64,000 nt of DNA from Bugula neritina (lineage: Eukaryota; Animalia; Bryozoa), in the NCBI GenBank assembly GCA_964035545.1, contig OZ037765.1, forward strand, positions 6,706,698 through 6,770,697. Direction: 5' to 3'. Positions 13,156 to 26,953 of the stretch are shown here, one piece after another (position 1 is the stretch's first letter; every line of letters starts with the position of its first letter). The position numbers were made by a program, and so were the translations under genes. The notes under the pieces were generated by a model that saw nothing but the letters and a program-made list of their open reading frames with translations, was not told the DNA's origin and did no database searches.

Positions 13156-13756
13156 AATTATAATTGATTTGAACGTTTAGTTTTACCTTGAAACTTTGGT
13201 ATTTTAATTTTTTATTTAATTTTATCATTTACATTATCAGATTATCATTATGATTATGCCCGTCCGCCCGCCTCATTGAATTATGATAATGATTTTCATC
13301 TTGAAAAAAATTAGATAAAAATATTCGGTAAATCTATTTATAAAATGTATGCTTGAAACAGTAATTTTGCTCAATTAATGGAGACTGTATTAGTGTGGTC
13401 ATGCTTTTTTTTAATTCTACCAGTGCTAGTTTTTCACATTTACTGAGTATATGCAGCTCAGTTTTATCTCTCTCATTACACACCTGAAAATTTTTTCTAC
13501 CCTGTTCTTTCATTACAGCCATCTTTTAATTTTGAGTGTAATTTCGAGTGGTCACCAATAGCTCATCTGTTCCCTTTTTTGAGATTTGGGTCAGGTGCAT
13601 TCGTTAAATTTTTTAATTTGTTGTCTGCATTATGATTTTTTTATCTGAGTAAATGTATGGTTTGGTGTCGAACTGCATGAATGCTTTTTGTTTTATAGGC
13701 TGAAATTTAATTGTTATTGGATTACCTGGTAGATTAGTTTTTAATATACCAAGAAC

Positions 13757-15063
13757 ATGGAAAAGAGTTTGGAAAAGCACATGACGAATGTGTAAGTTAT
13801 TTACCATTTTCATGTTGGTTCTTTTTTAAATATATGTTTTTTAAAATGTTTTACTAATGGATATTGTTTCATTAAAACTTGACTATCATTCTTGATTTTT
13901 AACGAAAAAATATTTGTTAGTACAACTTTTAAAATAATATAAATAGTCTTTTTTGTGGTCAACAATTTATCAAGTTGTTTTTACTTCATTTTTATTAATA
14001 GTAACACTACTTATGTATCGTTTTAGACTGAATAATCATGGTGTTACAGGAATGATATGTGTTGATAAACATGGACTATGTTTAGGAGGTAATTTAATAT
14101 TAAGTTATATTAATGTTATAGCAATCTTTAAATTTTTTTCTGTTAATGTAAGTATTTAGTCGATCATTTGTATGATTTTAAGTGCTGATAATTTAATACA
14201 GTGTTTCCTTCATATTTCACTAAGAGGGAGGGAGCACTGTACATCATCTAAAAAACTTATAATTTTAGTTTGAAGCCATAATTTTCCCATAGAAAAACTT
14301 ATTGCCCTGAATTTGTAACTTGGCTATTTATTATTATCACAGGACTGTGTAAATCATATTGTGTCGAAAATCTCAAGTGAAAATATGTGAATTTTAGCTT
14401 AAATTTTATTTTCAACTTTCTAAAATCTAGTTGCTTCATTTTGCGGCCCAGAAACTTCTTATGTAATACTTATATCTGTTTCAACCAACTCGGTACATAT
14501 AAAAATTTCTACACTCAATTTGCTACTCTAAATACAATTTTTATGTTGCTACTATTGCCTCTGGAAATTATTCTGTTGGTCTATGTTTTTAACTTACTTC
14601 AATACTACCACATTTATCTTACCTTTTTGCTGTTTGAACCCCCCCTCCCCCCTGCGCAAAGTATGTTAGGGAAAAGTATATTATGGGGCTACAAATACAG
14701 TTCTGTTAGAACTGTATGTTGTTAGACACACATGTGTTATTTGTATGTTGTTGTAGTGAAGGGAAATGCTGACACAAAAGCTAGTGGATGTTTAGCTGCC
14801 ATATCGCAAGAAGCTGAAAAAATTATTCCCAATTTAGATACTCCCGTCGTATGCATAGAGTCTTCTTCCTCGTAAGTTTTACGAGCCAACATGAAATCAT
14901 TGGCTGATAAGGGAAGACAATCTTACAAAATCTATTGCAAAAATTATCACAGAAAAAATACAACAAAGAATTGTTATGTTTACTTTGATTTCGGATTTTT
15001 TTTAGGAACATTCTAATCAAGTCGCATGAGGACTGTACTACAGCTATCTACAAACATAACTGA
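13757..15063 (+). CDS. LAMTOR5: Ragulator complex subunit LAMTOR5 (HBXIP), 89 aa, 4 exons
   Basis: Exons 13757-13791, 14027-14088, 14757-14871, 15006-15063 give MEKSLEKHMTNVLNNHGVTGMICVDKHGLCLGVKGNADTKASGCLAAISQEAEKIIPNLDTPVVCIESSSSNILIKSHEDCTTAIYKHN, colinear with human LAMTOR5 (DSQGLNLG, PVVCLES). Largely missed by the ORF track. Confidence 0.93.
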
Positions 15064-17764
15064 GTCCATTCTGATGCTTATGATGAGGCTTTGCTGTTCA
15101 TTGAACAACTCTGTTGCTTTGCACAATTTTCATTTTCTTATCAATTGGCAATACTTTATTTTTTATAAGTTGATATTTATTTTACATATTGTTTTAGCAA
15201 TGCTTAAAGTAAATAATATGTGAATTTAGTCATGTTTGAAATATTATTACACCTTCTATTAAGCAATACTATTCAAGGAACTGTAATGAAATAAATAATA
15301 CTAAACTATAAAAATGTTGGGTTGCTATGATTTTCAATTGTAGTTGGTGCATAATTGAATTTATGAATTATTTTCAATTGAAAAAAATAAACAATTTTTT
15401 ATGACTAAACAGCATGATATGCTATTAAGCATGCCACTAATTTCTTGGATCATTAGAAATTATAATATACGATGTTACCATACATGACATGGGCATGTCT
15501 AAATTATAAACTTAATGCTTATTATCTTATTGTCACTCACAAGTTTTGTGGTTAGAAATATGTATTCATAGTTATTTATGCACATATTTAACTTAAAAAT
15601 TCGCAGACATAAAATCCCAGTTTGTTTATTTCAGGTGTTTAGTTGTAGGTAACCAATGACGTTATCGTTTGGGTATTATGCGTCTTTCTCAGGTAAACTG
15701 AGTAAATAATAAGGATAGTTTTTAGGATTTAGAGTTGTTGCTTTTTTATTAGAAAGCAAAACTAATCAAATGACGCGCAGTGGACAATGGATATATCTTA
15801 ACCCCTTAGGCTGATGTTCTAGCCACAATATAAAGATTAGTTCTTTATGAAAGCGAAGTTATCTTCTCATCAACATACTTTCGAAAACGTTCATCGTATA
15901 ATAATTAATGTAACTGTTGAGTCACATGATAAACTTCAACATACTCGTACTGCACTTAATCTTATTTTTTATTTATCATTTACTTTCAAAGTATTGCCAT
16001 TAGATTAAAATGTTAAAATCGATTTATCGCTTTTTGGTTATTGTGACTTTAGGAGCGCATTAGTGAGTAACATAAGGTTAAGCTCAAGCTGAATCTTGCA
16101 ACAAATCACAATCACAATTGAATTTAACAATCTTGAATTATAAATTAATCAGTTAATGATTCATACTGATACAATCACAATGACAACGGTGAATGGTCAG
16201 AACTCATAATCATATCTGATATTTGTACCCACATTTCTAATAAAAATAGTCATAAATTAGTTTTGCTTTCAATTTTTGTTTATCAAGTTAATGATTTTGA
16301 TTATTATAATTATTTATATTAATATTATAATATTTATATTAATTATAATTATGATTATTATTTATTTTTAAAATTAAATTTAATGTCAATAACAAATTGA
16401 ATTGAAATTAAAAATTTATACCAAAGGTTAATTAATTTTATATTCAGATTTCAAGTTATTTATTAAGTATTTTATTTGATTACATTTACACTTACAGCAT
16501 AATAATATAATAAATATAATAATAATATCAATTAATGTTAATCTAAATCATCATAATAATAATGCTTAGCTCATGTAATGAAACGATTGTGAACATGATG
16601 ATCACTTGATAATCATAATGATTACTTTTAACTCCAGCTTAGTATAACTATTAGTAGTACTAATACCAATAGTAATAGTAATACTTATAGTTGTACTATT
16701 ACTATTAGTTATTACATTTACTCTCAGTCTTTTACTGTTAGTCTTAGTAATAATATTTTATTAGCATGAAAATACTGTTGCTCATACTAGAAGTTGGTGA
16801 ATCAAAGTTTAAATTTGCTTCATTTGGTTTTTAGCTACTATAGAACTAAGAAAGTCTTTTCCGGGATAAATAGCTTTGTACTTAAAGAAAAAATGCTCAA
16901 TGAAAATGAAATAAAATAAAAATAATAGGCTTTTTAATCATGTTATTGCAAAGATGATTGATAATTATAATTAGATGACATTTAAACGTAGGTTATTTTT
17001 GTATTATACTTTATAAATAATCATATGAAACAAAGCATTTGTAAATAAATAGAACTGAATCTACCAACTTATTAATTTTATTGGAGCTGTTACTTGACCA
17101 ATTTTTATCTAATGGCTAATGCATGTAAATTTTTAAATAAGCATTACCTGTATTGACTTGATTGGAGAATTGCAAGCTTATCCAGACAGATTTGAGTTTA
17201 CAAAACCATTATTGACTTGGACCAGACTTGAAAATGCTTTGTCAAGAGCCATAGCTTTATTTAGCTAACTGTGAATCATCAAATTAAGTTAAACATATTC
17301 GCAATATTGCTGCAATATCAACTTTATTGCATAGTTAAATCTGAATCAAATTTTTAGACTTGCAGTTGTTATTCTAAGATACGTGATTTGATATTGTTAA
17401 TTAATATTATAATCATGTTGATGCTGAGATTTTGCTGCTATTGATCCTAATAGCACTGCAACTCCAACATTGAATAATGCAAGCTCATTATCTATTTTTA
17501 ATTTCACATTTAGTGCAACACTGTAAATAAAGCCTGCTAAGTAAGTGCTGATAAAAACAAGTTTAACTAGAATTAAAGTCAATCTGACTCAATTTGATGG
17601 TAAAATTAATTTTGATGTTTTGAAATGATTAATGATATCTTACTGATTGTAATACAAACATAATAAATGTAATAATGATATTACAAATAATATATAATTG
17701 TAATAACAATCATATTCTATGGACTTTTAACATTTGGTAGCAGAGTTATCAAACTGGAAGGCCT

Positions 17765-17811
17765 TTAATAATCATTGTCTTTAAGAAGAATACAAAGACA
17801 ATGATTATTAA
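17765..17811. repeat. Perfect 18-bp inverted repeat with 11-nt loop
   Basis: ttaataatcattgtcttt / aaagacaatgattattaa. Confidence 0.85.
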
Positions 17812-19239
17812 TTATTTCAGCAAAAGTGGCAAAGTAAAAAAACTGTTGTAATGTGATGCCAGAACTAAATTTATAGTATTAAAACTAGAGCCAAAAATTT
17901 TTATGCTTGTTTATAATTTTAGTACTGTTCACTACCTGAACAGTTGACTAGCAGTACTTCATATAAATTGTCATAGATTTGACATCATACTAAAACAAAC
18001 TGATCAATTAAGATCAGCTAACATCTTTGGAAATTTCGTAATGGATAGTAAAGAAATTGATCCTAATTTTGCAGTGCTACAGTATGCTTGACCAACTGCA
18101 CATATTGCTCCAATACTTACATTGATTTTCAATTATAGCCCCTATTATGTAAGCTTTATCATTGATTATTTTGATATGATTCAGCTATGGCTAAATCACC
18201 CTTGTTTACTCTACCATTAAGCCAACCCCTACAATTTTCTGAAAACTCACTTGGTGAAACAATGCAAGGTCAATGATGCTATTCAATTTCAGATTTCACT
18301 GCTGGTTTTTCAATAAATTGTAACATAACTAAATTTATTTTCTCTTCTGCTTTCAAAGAATGTTTGATGTTTTCTTGCTTCAATAGTGAAAGGCTGTAGT
18401 TGCTAATAGTTGCTTCAATTTTGATAGTTACCAACGTGTCCACTTTTATGAGAAATGACTCTCCTAAAGACCTAAACTTTGATCCAGCTCTACAAAGTAA
18501 TAGTTTCTTTAAAAAATGTTTATCACAAATCAGCACATCTTTATCAACAATCTTTTAAATAAAACATTTAAACTGCTTAATGAGTATAGATTTAATCCAA
18601 TCCAAATTGTACATTACACATATATTCAAATTCAAATTTTGATAATTCATTTCTTTAATCATTTTTTGAACTTGGTTTTTCTAAACATAGCGATTTTTAA
18701 ACTGTAACAAAATATTATATAATATGTTATGCAAGACCAAAGTGTCCAAAAATATATTTTTTGTAGCATATTTATAGAATACTTTCCTTTTTCTATCCTA
18801 GAATTTGTTTTACTGTAGGAAATATTTATCTGCTAGATAGAGTACAGTCACAAGTAAGTGCACATGTACTTGGTGTAGCTCAGATAAGTTTTTGCCATGA
18901 AGCTGTTAATTATAACCCGTTTATCACCATAGAGTAGTTCATAGACACACACAGATCTTATCATAGCATGGAATCATAATCATGTGATTTTCATATGTGA
19001 AACTATTAGCAATGGCCAATTACTTACTTTACTGCATTTTGAAAAGCTGTAGCTAATGGAACTAACACTCAATGGAACTAACACTCAAGCCAACTTTTTA
19101 TGCTTAGAGTGACAGCAAAGTGGTTTCAGGAGAACACAATTCTCTCCACTACACAACAGTTTACCTGTGCATTTACGTAATTATGGTGATAGAATTCCCT
19201 AAGTGCTAAGTAAACAGATATGAGGGATGATATGCTTTA

Positions 19240-19447
19240 TCACGTGCTCTCTTAGCAGTGTCATGTGATGACTTGTATGAGTGATAGGAAGGCCTTCTCA
19301 ATAAATATATTACTCTACGCTGTTGGAAATGGTGTGTAGTTTTAGTAGAAAATATTTTAGATAATTGATAATACCAATTCTAGTTTCTTACAAAAGTGAA
19401 ATAATTTTATAATGTCTTATTGGAATGGAAAGTTAAACTTGGTATGT
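19240..19447 (+). promoter_or_regulatory. Candidate promoter and leader exon of DRAM copy 1 with E-box/M-box motifs
   Basis: TCACGTG (19240), GTCATGTGA (19260), a further TCATGTGA (18980), then donor-like G|GTATGT at 19442. The first coding exon is preceded by acceptor ttacag at 20160, so an upstream leader exon is expected. Confidence 0.35.
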
Positions 19448-20190
19448 TATCAATATATATTATTTATAATTAAATTAGCAATTAAATGATGATAAATTCA
19501 GTTGAGTCAACCAAAATCCAGTAATTATTATTTTACTTTTTGCTTCACCTTTTATTCAAAAGAATCTTAGTTATCTTTTTGCCTTGATTAAATTCATACC
19601 AAAGAGTTTTCAGTGGTGAAATTTTGCAGTAGTTATTGTCTTTGCATGATGTTTATTATGAGAACTAGCTTGTGTTCAAGCTCTATTTGTTACACATACG
19701 TTTTTTGGCTTTCATGCTGGATTTTTTTATAAGTAGGCTTTTCCTATCATAGCTAGCTAAACTCTTTGAAAATTTAAAGCTAGGCGCAATAACCCCAGGG
19801 TAAAGTACTGGGCTCTAGTGTTTTAGAAGGGCTAAAAATTTGTCTACTATCGGAGTATTTTATTGCATGTGTTTAAAGATTAACTGAAACATTTCAAATA
19901 TCAGAGATGCACGATATGGTATTTTTAGACAACCTATTGTTCTGCATCATATATGAAATTTTTAATACCGGATTATTAATTATGCAACTAATAGTACTGC
20001 AGCTGTGTTTTGTTGGTCGGCTCTATTTGATTCACAATTTTGTTAGCAGATTTCAACGGTTTGTTGAAATGTTTAATTTAGGATTTTATAAATTACTTAG
20101 TTAGGTTTTACCAGGTTACACACCACACAAACTACTTGTATAATACTGATATGGTTACAGGACGGAGAGGAAAATCACTCCTATGAGAAA

Positions 20191-23100
20191 ATGAGATCTG
20201 CACTGTGTTGGTTACCAATACTTCTTGCTATAGTGACGGTTATTTGCTTCAGTGTATCATATGTCTTTGCAGTTGTTAGAGGGGATATCAATGCATTCTG
20301 GCCCTATATCAGGTATAAACATGTGATTATAAAGTATATATAAGTATTAGTAGTAATATTGCAAGCTTACCAGTATAGAACTTACATTATATAAGTACAT
20401 ATTTCTCTCACAACTCAATTTAGCTGCTGCCTCTGTTGATACAACTTGCATTTTCTAAACAATACTTGGTCAACTTCATTAACTTTGTAAAACACTTGTA
20501 AAGTATTTTTCTTGGATGTGAACATTAACCTGTGACTGAAGAGTATTAAAAGTTGTGCTAATTGTAACACAGTTGTTGCAAAAATATGTTAGTTTGTGCA
20601 ACACTTAATAAAATCAGCCTAGCCGATATTGACAATGAAGTTTGTGAAACTCATTACACAGAAAACACCCAAACAGTTTTTTTTATATTTTTGAAGTTAG
20701 TAATGTAATGCAATTTTTATTCGCATTTAATGTAATGTTTTGATTTAAAGATATATAATTGACACTAAAGTTTATTTTCACATACGTTGGTTTGACAAAA
20801 TTTTGAAGACCAAAATTTACTTTAATTTCCCATATAATTGGGCAGGTGAAGAAGATTTTAAATTATATGTTTTAGTGATACTGGGGGCCAGGAACCTGAA
20901 AGTTGTTTATTTGGCCAATTGTTGAATTTTTCTGCATTTCTTGGTGAGTAAAGCTTATCTAAGCAAGTCATCCTCAAACTGATATCTATAATTTATCTCA
21001 ACAAATTTTATTTTTAAAATATTAAATCTAGAGTCTTGTAAATATTTCAGAATGAAGCTAGCAAAGGTATTTATAAGCACAATTTATAAACTTGTTTTCT
21101 AATAACATTTGCTTCACTGCTTAAACTTTCAACGCTATGAAGATAGAAACATTTTCCAGAAAGAATTTTTAGCACAGATTGTTAATCTATAATATATATG
21201 CAATCTTAATTCCAGGAAGACACAGGTGAATATTGCATCATATTTTACTTGTTTCTGTTATTTTCAGCTATGGCTACAATGTACGTTAGATTCAAGTTGG
21301 TTCAAGCATTTAACAATTATGACAGAAGCCTTAGGATATTGAATAAAGTGGCTCTGTTTATGGGTGCGCTGTCTAGTCTGGGCGTGTCTTTAGTAGCCAA
21401 CTTTCAGGTGAGCTGCCGTTAAAGATACAGGAAGTTAATAACTGCACATTTATTTAGTAGAACTATTATTAACATTTAATGAAGGATTTGCTACAACGGA
21501 TTCAACTTTGCTCAGTTATTCCAAGTGTAATGCCCAGCCATTTGTATGATATTCATATTCTACATTTTGGCTAATTTCAAAAAACGCTTAAAGATAAGGG
21601 AGTTTTCTTATAAATAGTTTGTTGAATGAATTAATAGTGTTAATGAAGACACAAATGTCAATCAGCCTAATGTATTACAGGACACTTACGTTGTAAGTGT
21701 ACATATGACTGGAGCATTTATGGCTTTTGGTATTGGAGTTGTCTACTGTTTCCTGCACACTGTTATCACGAGAAAAATGTATCCAATGTACAATAATAGG
21801 AGTATTTGGATTCTTAGATTTTTCATTTCTCTACTTGGACTCTTGTCTTTGATACTCAGTAAGTTAATTTTATACTTGAACAATTTCACTTTATAGTGGT
21901 AAGGTTTTGCAATTATTAATTTGTAGTAAAGAAGATCAAGTTGCAAATTATGTCACTGCTAAGATTGTAGCTTGCATTTAGATGTAGGCTCAAGTTTTCG
22001 TTATAAATAAACGCTATTTTTTTATTTGAGTTTTTCTTTTTAATCTTCCATATGAATAATTTTGTGTGTACAATATATAATTGAAGGCTTATGCAGTAAA
22101 ACTTGAAAACATGTTTAATATAAGCAATTTAGCAAAGTTTAAACCATTTAAATTTTAAATTACTTTTAAACAAAACACACGTAATTTAAACCAAAGTAGT
22201 CTACTCTGTAGCCTGAGAACTAAAGACCCTCTCAAGGTGATATTTTATGCAGCAACTACAGGTCAACAGGCTAGACCTATGAAAGTGATTATAACATCAT
22301 AAGCTAAATTTTTTTTCATTAGTATCACACTGAACTACTTCTTACAGTAAATCTTCAAATTAATTTGTTAAATCATAATTATTTATTATTGTTTTAATGA
22401 AATTACCAGCAATCAACTATATATTCACTGTTAGAGAGATTTAATATCACTTGATTATTGTGTTGTTATTTTTAACTTTATTTTTATTCACTGAGGGATA
22501 ATTTTATCAATTTCTATTAATTAAACCTAAAGCTGCAAAGAAGGTTTCTTTAATCTAATGCTCAATGCTTGTAGCTGCCCACCAATTTATATTTATCTGA
22601 ACTTTCAAATAAAAGTTGTATCTATTGACATGACCAAGTACTTTTGAGTCACTTAAAGTTGGCTTGAGTTGATTCAGTTCATTGGTTGACTTAATTTGAC
22701 TTAACTTTTTTGTCAAGACTATGATTCACCTTACCTTCACTTATTTAGTCCAAGACTTAGCTCGACTTGCTGTGCCTTTGACCAGGTTTTGTGACTGATA
22801 GATTTGTTCATATATAGAGGCATGTGTGTACTAATATTGTATGAGTAATATATTTTTAAAGCTTCACATATTTTCTTTACCATTAAATTTATTAACAAAT
22901 GCATAAAATATTTAAAATGTGGGCAGCTCATTGGATAATTTAAGCTAAATTGCTGGTTTGAATTACTCAAGTTTCACTGTATTATGGGTTTACTGTATAC
23001 AGTTTTGTAAATGTTTTTTTGCAGCGTTTGTATTTGCAAGTATTGCGAGTGCACAAGCTGGAAGTATTTCTCAAGTTACAGATTTCACTAAGAAATGGAA

Positions 23101-24042
23101 TGCAACAGAACCTGTAAGTTCTATTATATTTTTATAATTATTCCCTAAAAAAAGAAATTATTTCGTCAACTTCATATCTCTGCTAAGCAATTTGAGTAGT
23201 TTTAATTTAAGTAATTGTTATTCATTTTAAGATGCTCTTCACAGTAACAAGTATTGTTAATAATATAAAGAATATTATTTCCTAACAATTGGTATTTTCC
23301 ACTTCAATTTTTACATATTAGTGAACTGTTTTTAAAAAAGAGTTGGCATCTCACTGAAACTCCCAAGTAGTCATAGACCCAGTGAAACATTTTTAGTGAT
23401 AAACACAACTATGAAAAAAATTTTACAGACATTTTCTCTCTGCTATCTTGTTTTTTTATCTGAACTAATTTGGAATTACAAATTTTACAAATATTTTGTC
23501 CAAGTTGGAAGTAGAAATTCAAATGAAAATGAAATCAAATAATGTAGAATGGAATTGTGTTTTTTTATTTGTCCTCTTGACTGAATTTGTAAACAGTTCT
23601 AAATAGATTATACTGCATACAGCAGGAGTAGTTTATGTTACAATCCTACCCTACCAGATACCTATATGCGACTCTTATAGCTTCTCTTATTAATAAGTTT
23701 GATGAGATACCTGTAGACAAGATAGCATAATTTTATAAAGCAATATTTTACCCATCGACACTGCTATTGGTGAATTATTTTGAGTATTTTCCCATGGTAT
23801 CCTGTATCTATATATCATGTACATGTAGTACTTATATTATTCAGGGGTTTGACGAGCACATTGTCAGTACAATGAGTGAGTGGATGATAGGCGTAGCTTT
23901 CCTCTCTTTCTTCCTCACTTATGTCAAAGATTTCCAGAAGATTACAATAAGAATTTTACCAGAACTGCTGGTCTCACACTTGGATGAAACCCCCATAGTG
24001 TTCAACTCAGGGCCTACTGAACGAACTGGCCTACTGGCCTAA
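20191..24042 (+). CDS. DRAM-like protein (Frag1/DRAM/Sfk1 family) copy 1, 264 aa, canonical residues intact
   Basis: Exons 20191-20312, 20876-20943, 21268-21407, 21681-21858, 23025-23113, 23845-24042. Motifs: WPYISDTG, PESCLFGQLLN, YVRF, VANFQ, VHMTGAFMAFG, HIVSTMSEW, TYVKDF; six hydrophobic segments; C-terminal ERTGLL. Confidence 0.94.
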
Positions 24043-25132
24043 GCTCACTCTTTTATGCTCTTATATTTGTGACTTTAAAAGCAGGAAACCAACAGTATAG
24101 ACTTTCCTTTAACTTGTGATCTAATACTATCTTTCTTTTATTGTAGTTATGTGAATGTGTTTATATATTATTCACACAGTCTATTCATTGAAGCATGCTG
24201 GTGATGTTTTTCCTAGTACACCCTTTAAAATTTTGCTATAATTTGATACTTTAAACTTCATGTAAATACACTGTATCAGCTGTGGGCAATTAGAAAAACT
24301 AAGATATTAAGGTTTTTATTTTTGTATTTTTGTTATGCATATATAAGGATGATAAAAACTATTTGGCAGTCATGAATATCCATTATTTTGTTGAAGTTCA
24401 ATAGTGACAAATTCATTGCTATATGATAATTTATTTGAATTATGCTTAAATGCAGACCTATTTAGATGTTAATGTGATTCTTCAAAGTCACATTAATACT
24501 GGTTGAGGATTGGGGTAATTGTCTATGCATGTTTCTATTTCATTGCCTTTGTTAAATTGTGATTCACTTTAACTTATATCATCAGTGGAGACAAAAACCT
24601 ACCTGTAACTGTCTAAATAACATACATATATTGCAGTTAATAAAACTGGCATTGCCAGCACTTTTACTAATTATAAATAATATCATGCAGCTTACCTGTA
24701 GACCTTTGTACTTGTGAGAGAATATAATGTAAGAATATAATAAATAATATAATGTCCATGGATATCCCTGAATTAAGAAAGTTCAGATTTGATATCTTTT
24801 AGCTTTTACCTGCACAATTTTCTGTAAGTAATAGTGAGGTTGGAACTTAAAGAGCAAAATATACCCAATTATTGCCAAAGAGGTTTTGCTCTCAATTACA
24901 AGTTATATTGATTATAGGCTTGAGCAGATTTAAATTGTTTCCTTTTGATACTTAGCCTTAAATCTTGCAACTCCTTTGTGCATATAATATGTGGATCCCC
25001 TCAATTTGCATTTGTTACTGGTTTTGAAGACTGCAGGTTATGCAATAAACTAAAACTTCCTCCTAATTCGATGGGTCTTTGTGCAAGCATAATACAAGTA
25101 AATTGATCAGCTGTGTTTATGACTAATTCCCA

Positions 25133-25473
25133 GTCACATGAGCTAGGCCTTGTATCTGTATATTGGGGATAAAGATTACAGCAGTTCAGTAGCAGCAGTC
25201 AGAAGGGAAGTGCGCTCTCTAACTGAAGCAGATTTCTTGCATTCAACAGTTTTTCTTGCCATTTTGTAAAACATACATTCTAGATTTAATATTCATCTAC
25301 ATATAATATCAAACCATTGTTTCAAGTCTCGTTTTTTCTGTTGACACTCACATTGTGATTGAATCTAAGTTCTGGTGTTGTGATTTGTATTCACGGTGGA
25401 GATTGATATCATAGGCCAGCAGGCTGGATACGAAGTATAAACTGTGATAGGCTGATCCGTTTTGCTGGTAGGT
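25133..25473 (+). promoter_or_regulatory. Conserved promoter/leader-exon-like block upstream of DRAM copy 2 (repeated at 31903-32247, 41490-41851, 47749-48120)
   Basis: GTCACATGA (M-box/CLEAR-like) followed by a less AT-rich conserved ~300 bp block ending in donor CTG|GTAGGT, present in all four units. Confidence 0.45.
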
Positions 25474-25680
25474 TATCTTATCTGAACATTTCAAGTATGC
25501 ATCTTATTGTTACTTAATGTCTGTTTGTAAATTTTCCTGCTAGAATTTTAATTTATAGTTGAAGTTAAAGTTTTCATATTTATGTTTCGACAGCTGGGAA
25601 CAACAAAAGAAAACATACCACATTTGTTAACATTGGTCAGTTATACCAAATACAGCTACAATAAGTTTAATTACCTATTC

Positions 25681-25919
25681 CAGGGGTGGTCAACTAGGGG
25701 CCCCAGGGTCACCTGTGGCCCTAGCTTCGCCTATTTTTCAGTGGCCCTTTTGATGCTTAAGATAAGCAAACATGTTACATCTATTCTGATTAGCACAGTA
25801 CAAGTTTAGTAACAAATTACTTTATTATAATCAGATTTAATATGTGTAAAATCATGTGGCCCTTCATTTTGGCTGACCTCTGAACTTGGCCTTCATGCTG
25901 AAGAAGTTGCTCACTCCTG
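25681..25919. mobile_element. hAT-type MITE
   Basis: TIRs caggggtggtcaac / gttgctcactcctg; 8-bp TSD (a/g)cctattc; empty site near 48284 in unit 4. Confidence 0.85.
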
Positions 25920-26565
25920 GCCTATTCTATCTACTAATTTTCAGTAAACTTTAAATAAAATATTTAGGTTTGATCTCATATACAATAATTGGTATATTGT
26001 CATTTAAACTGAGCTTTTTTAAAGCTATTAAAATTACAAAACTAAAAATCAGCAACATGGTGGTTACATCCTAGAGCTGTAACCAAATTGAAAAACCTGA
26101 ATTATCACATGAGACTATTGCGTCTTTCTTTGCAAGTTCTATTTATATTAATTATATTAATAAACACACGATGTACCCAAACTTTTAACAAAGTTTACTC
26201 AGACTAACAACAGAAGTGAACTTACTAGAAGTTTTAATAATGTTACATTAGCAGAGAATAGCAGAGATGCATGATTACATAGTATTTTTTCGAGCTGCCC
26301 TAATATAGAAAACCTGTATTGTTCTATGCATCATATATGCAATTTTTGATACTGTGTTATTAATTATGCAAATCTGCTGCTGTGCTTTGTAGATTGTCTC
26401 TATTCAATTAACATTCACATACTGTTGAAATCTTTAACGTACGTTTTATAAAGTATAGCCAGTTAGGTTTTACCAGGATATGTACTGAGGTTGCACACCA
26501 CACAAACTACTTGTATAATACTGATATGGTTACAGGACGGAGAGGAAAATCACTCCTATGAGAAA

Positions 26566-26792
26566 ATGAGATCTGCACTGTGTTGGTTACCAATACTTCT
26601 TGCTATAGTGACAGCTATTAGCTTCTATGTAGGAGAAGACATCTATCCATTATGGCCCTATATCAGGTATAAACATGTGATTGTAAGCTATATAAAATGT
26701 ATGCGCATATATATATGAATATCTGTATGCAATATATGCAGTATATACGTGTGTGTGCGTTTGTATTATATATGTCTATATATATACAATAT

Positions 26793-26889
<97 letters not shown>

Positions 26890-26914
26890 CACACATATAT
26901 ATATGTATGTATAT

Positions 26915-26953
<39 letters not shown>

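Noticed and set aside
14199-14680. Possible hAT MITE in a LAMTOR5 intron (cagtgtttcc ... agggaaaagt)
   Set aside because: Right terminus too degenerate and no TSD identifiable.
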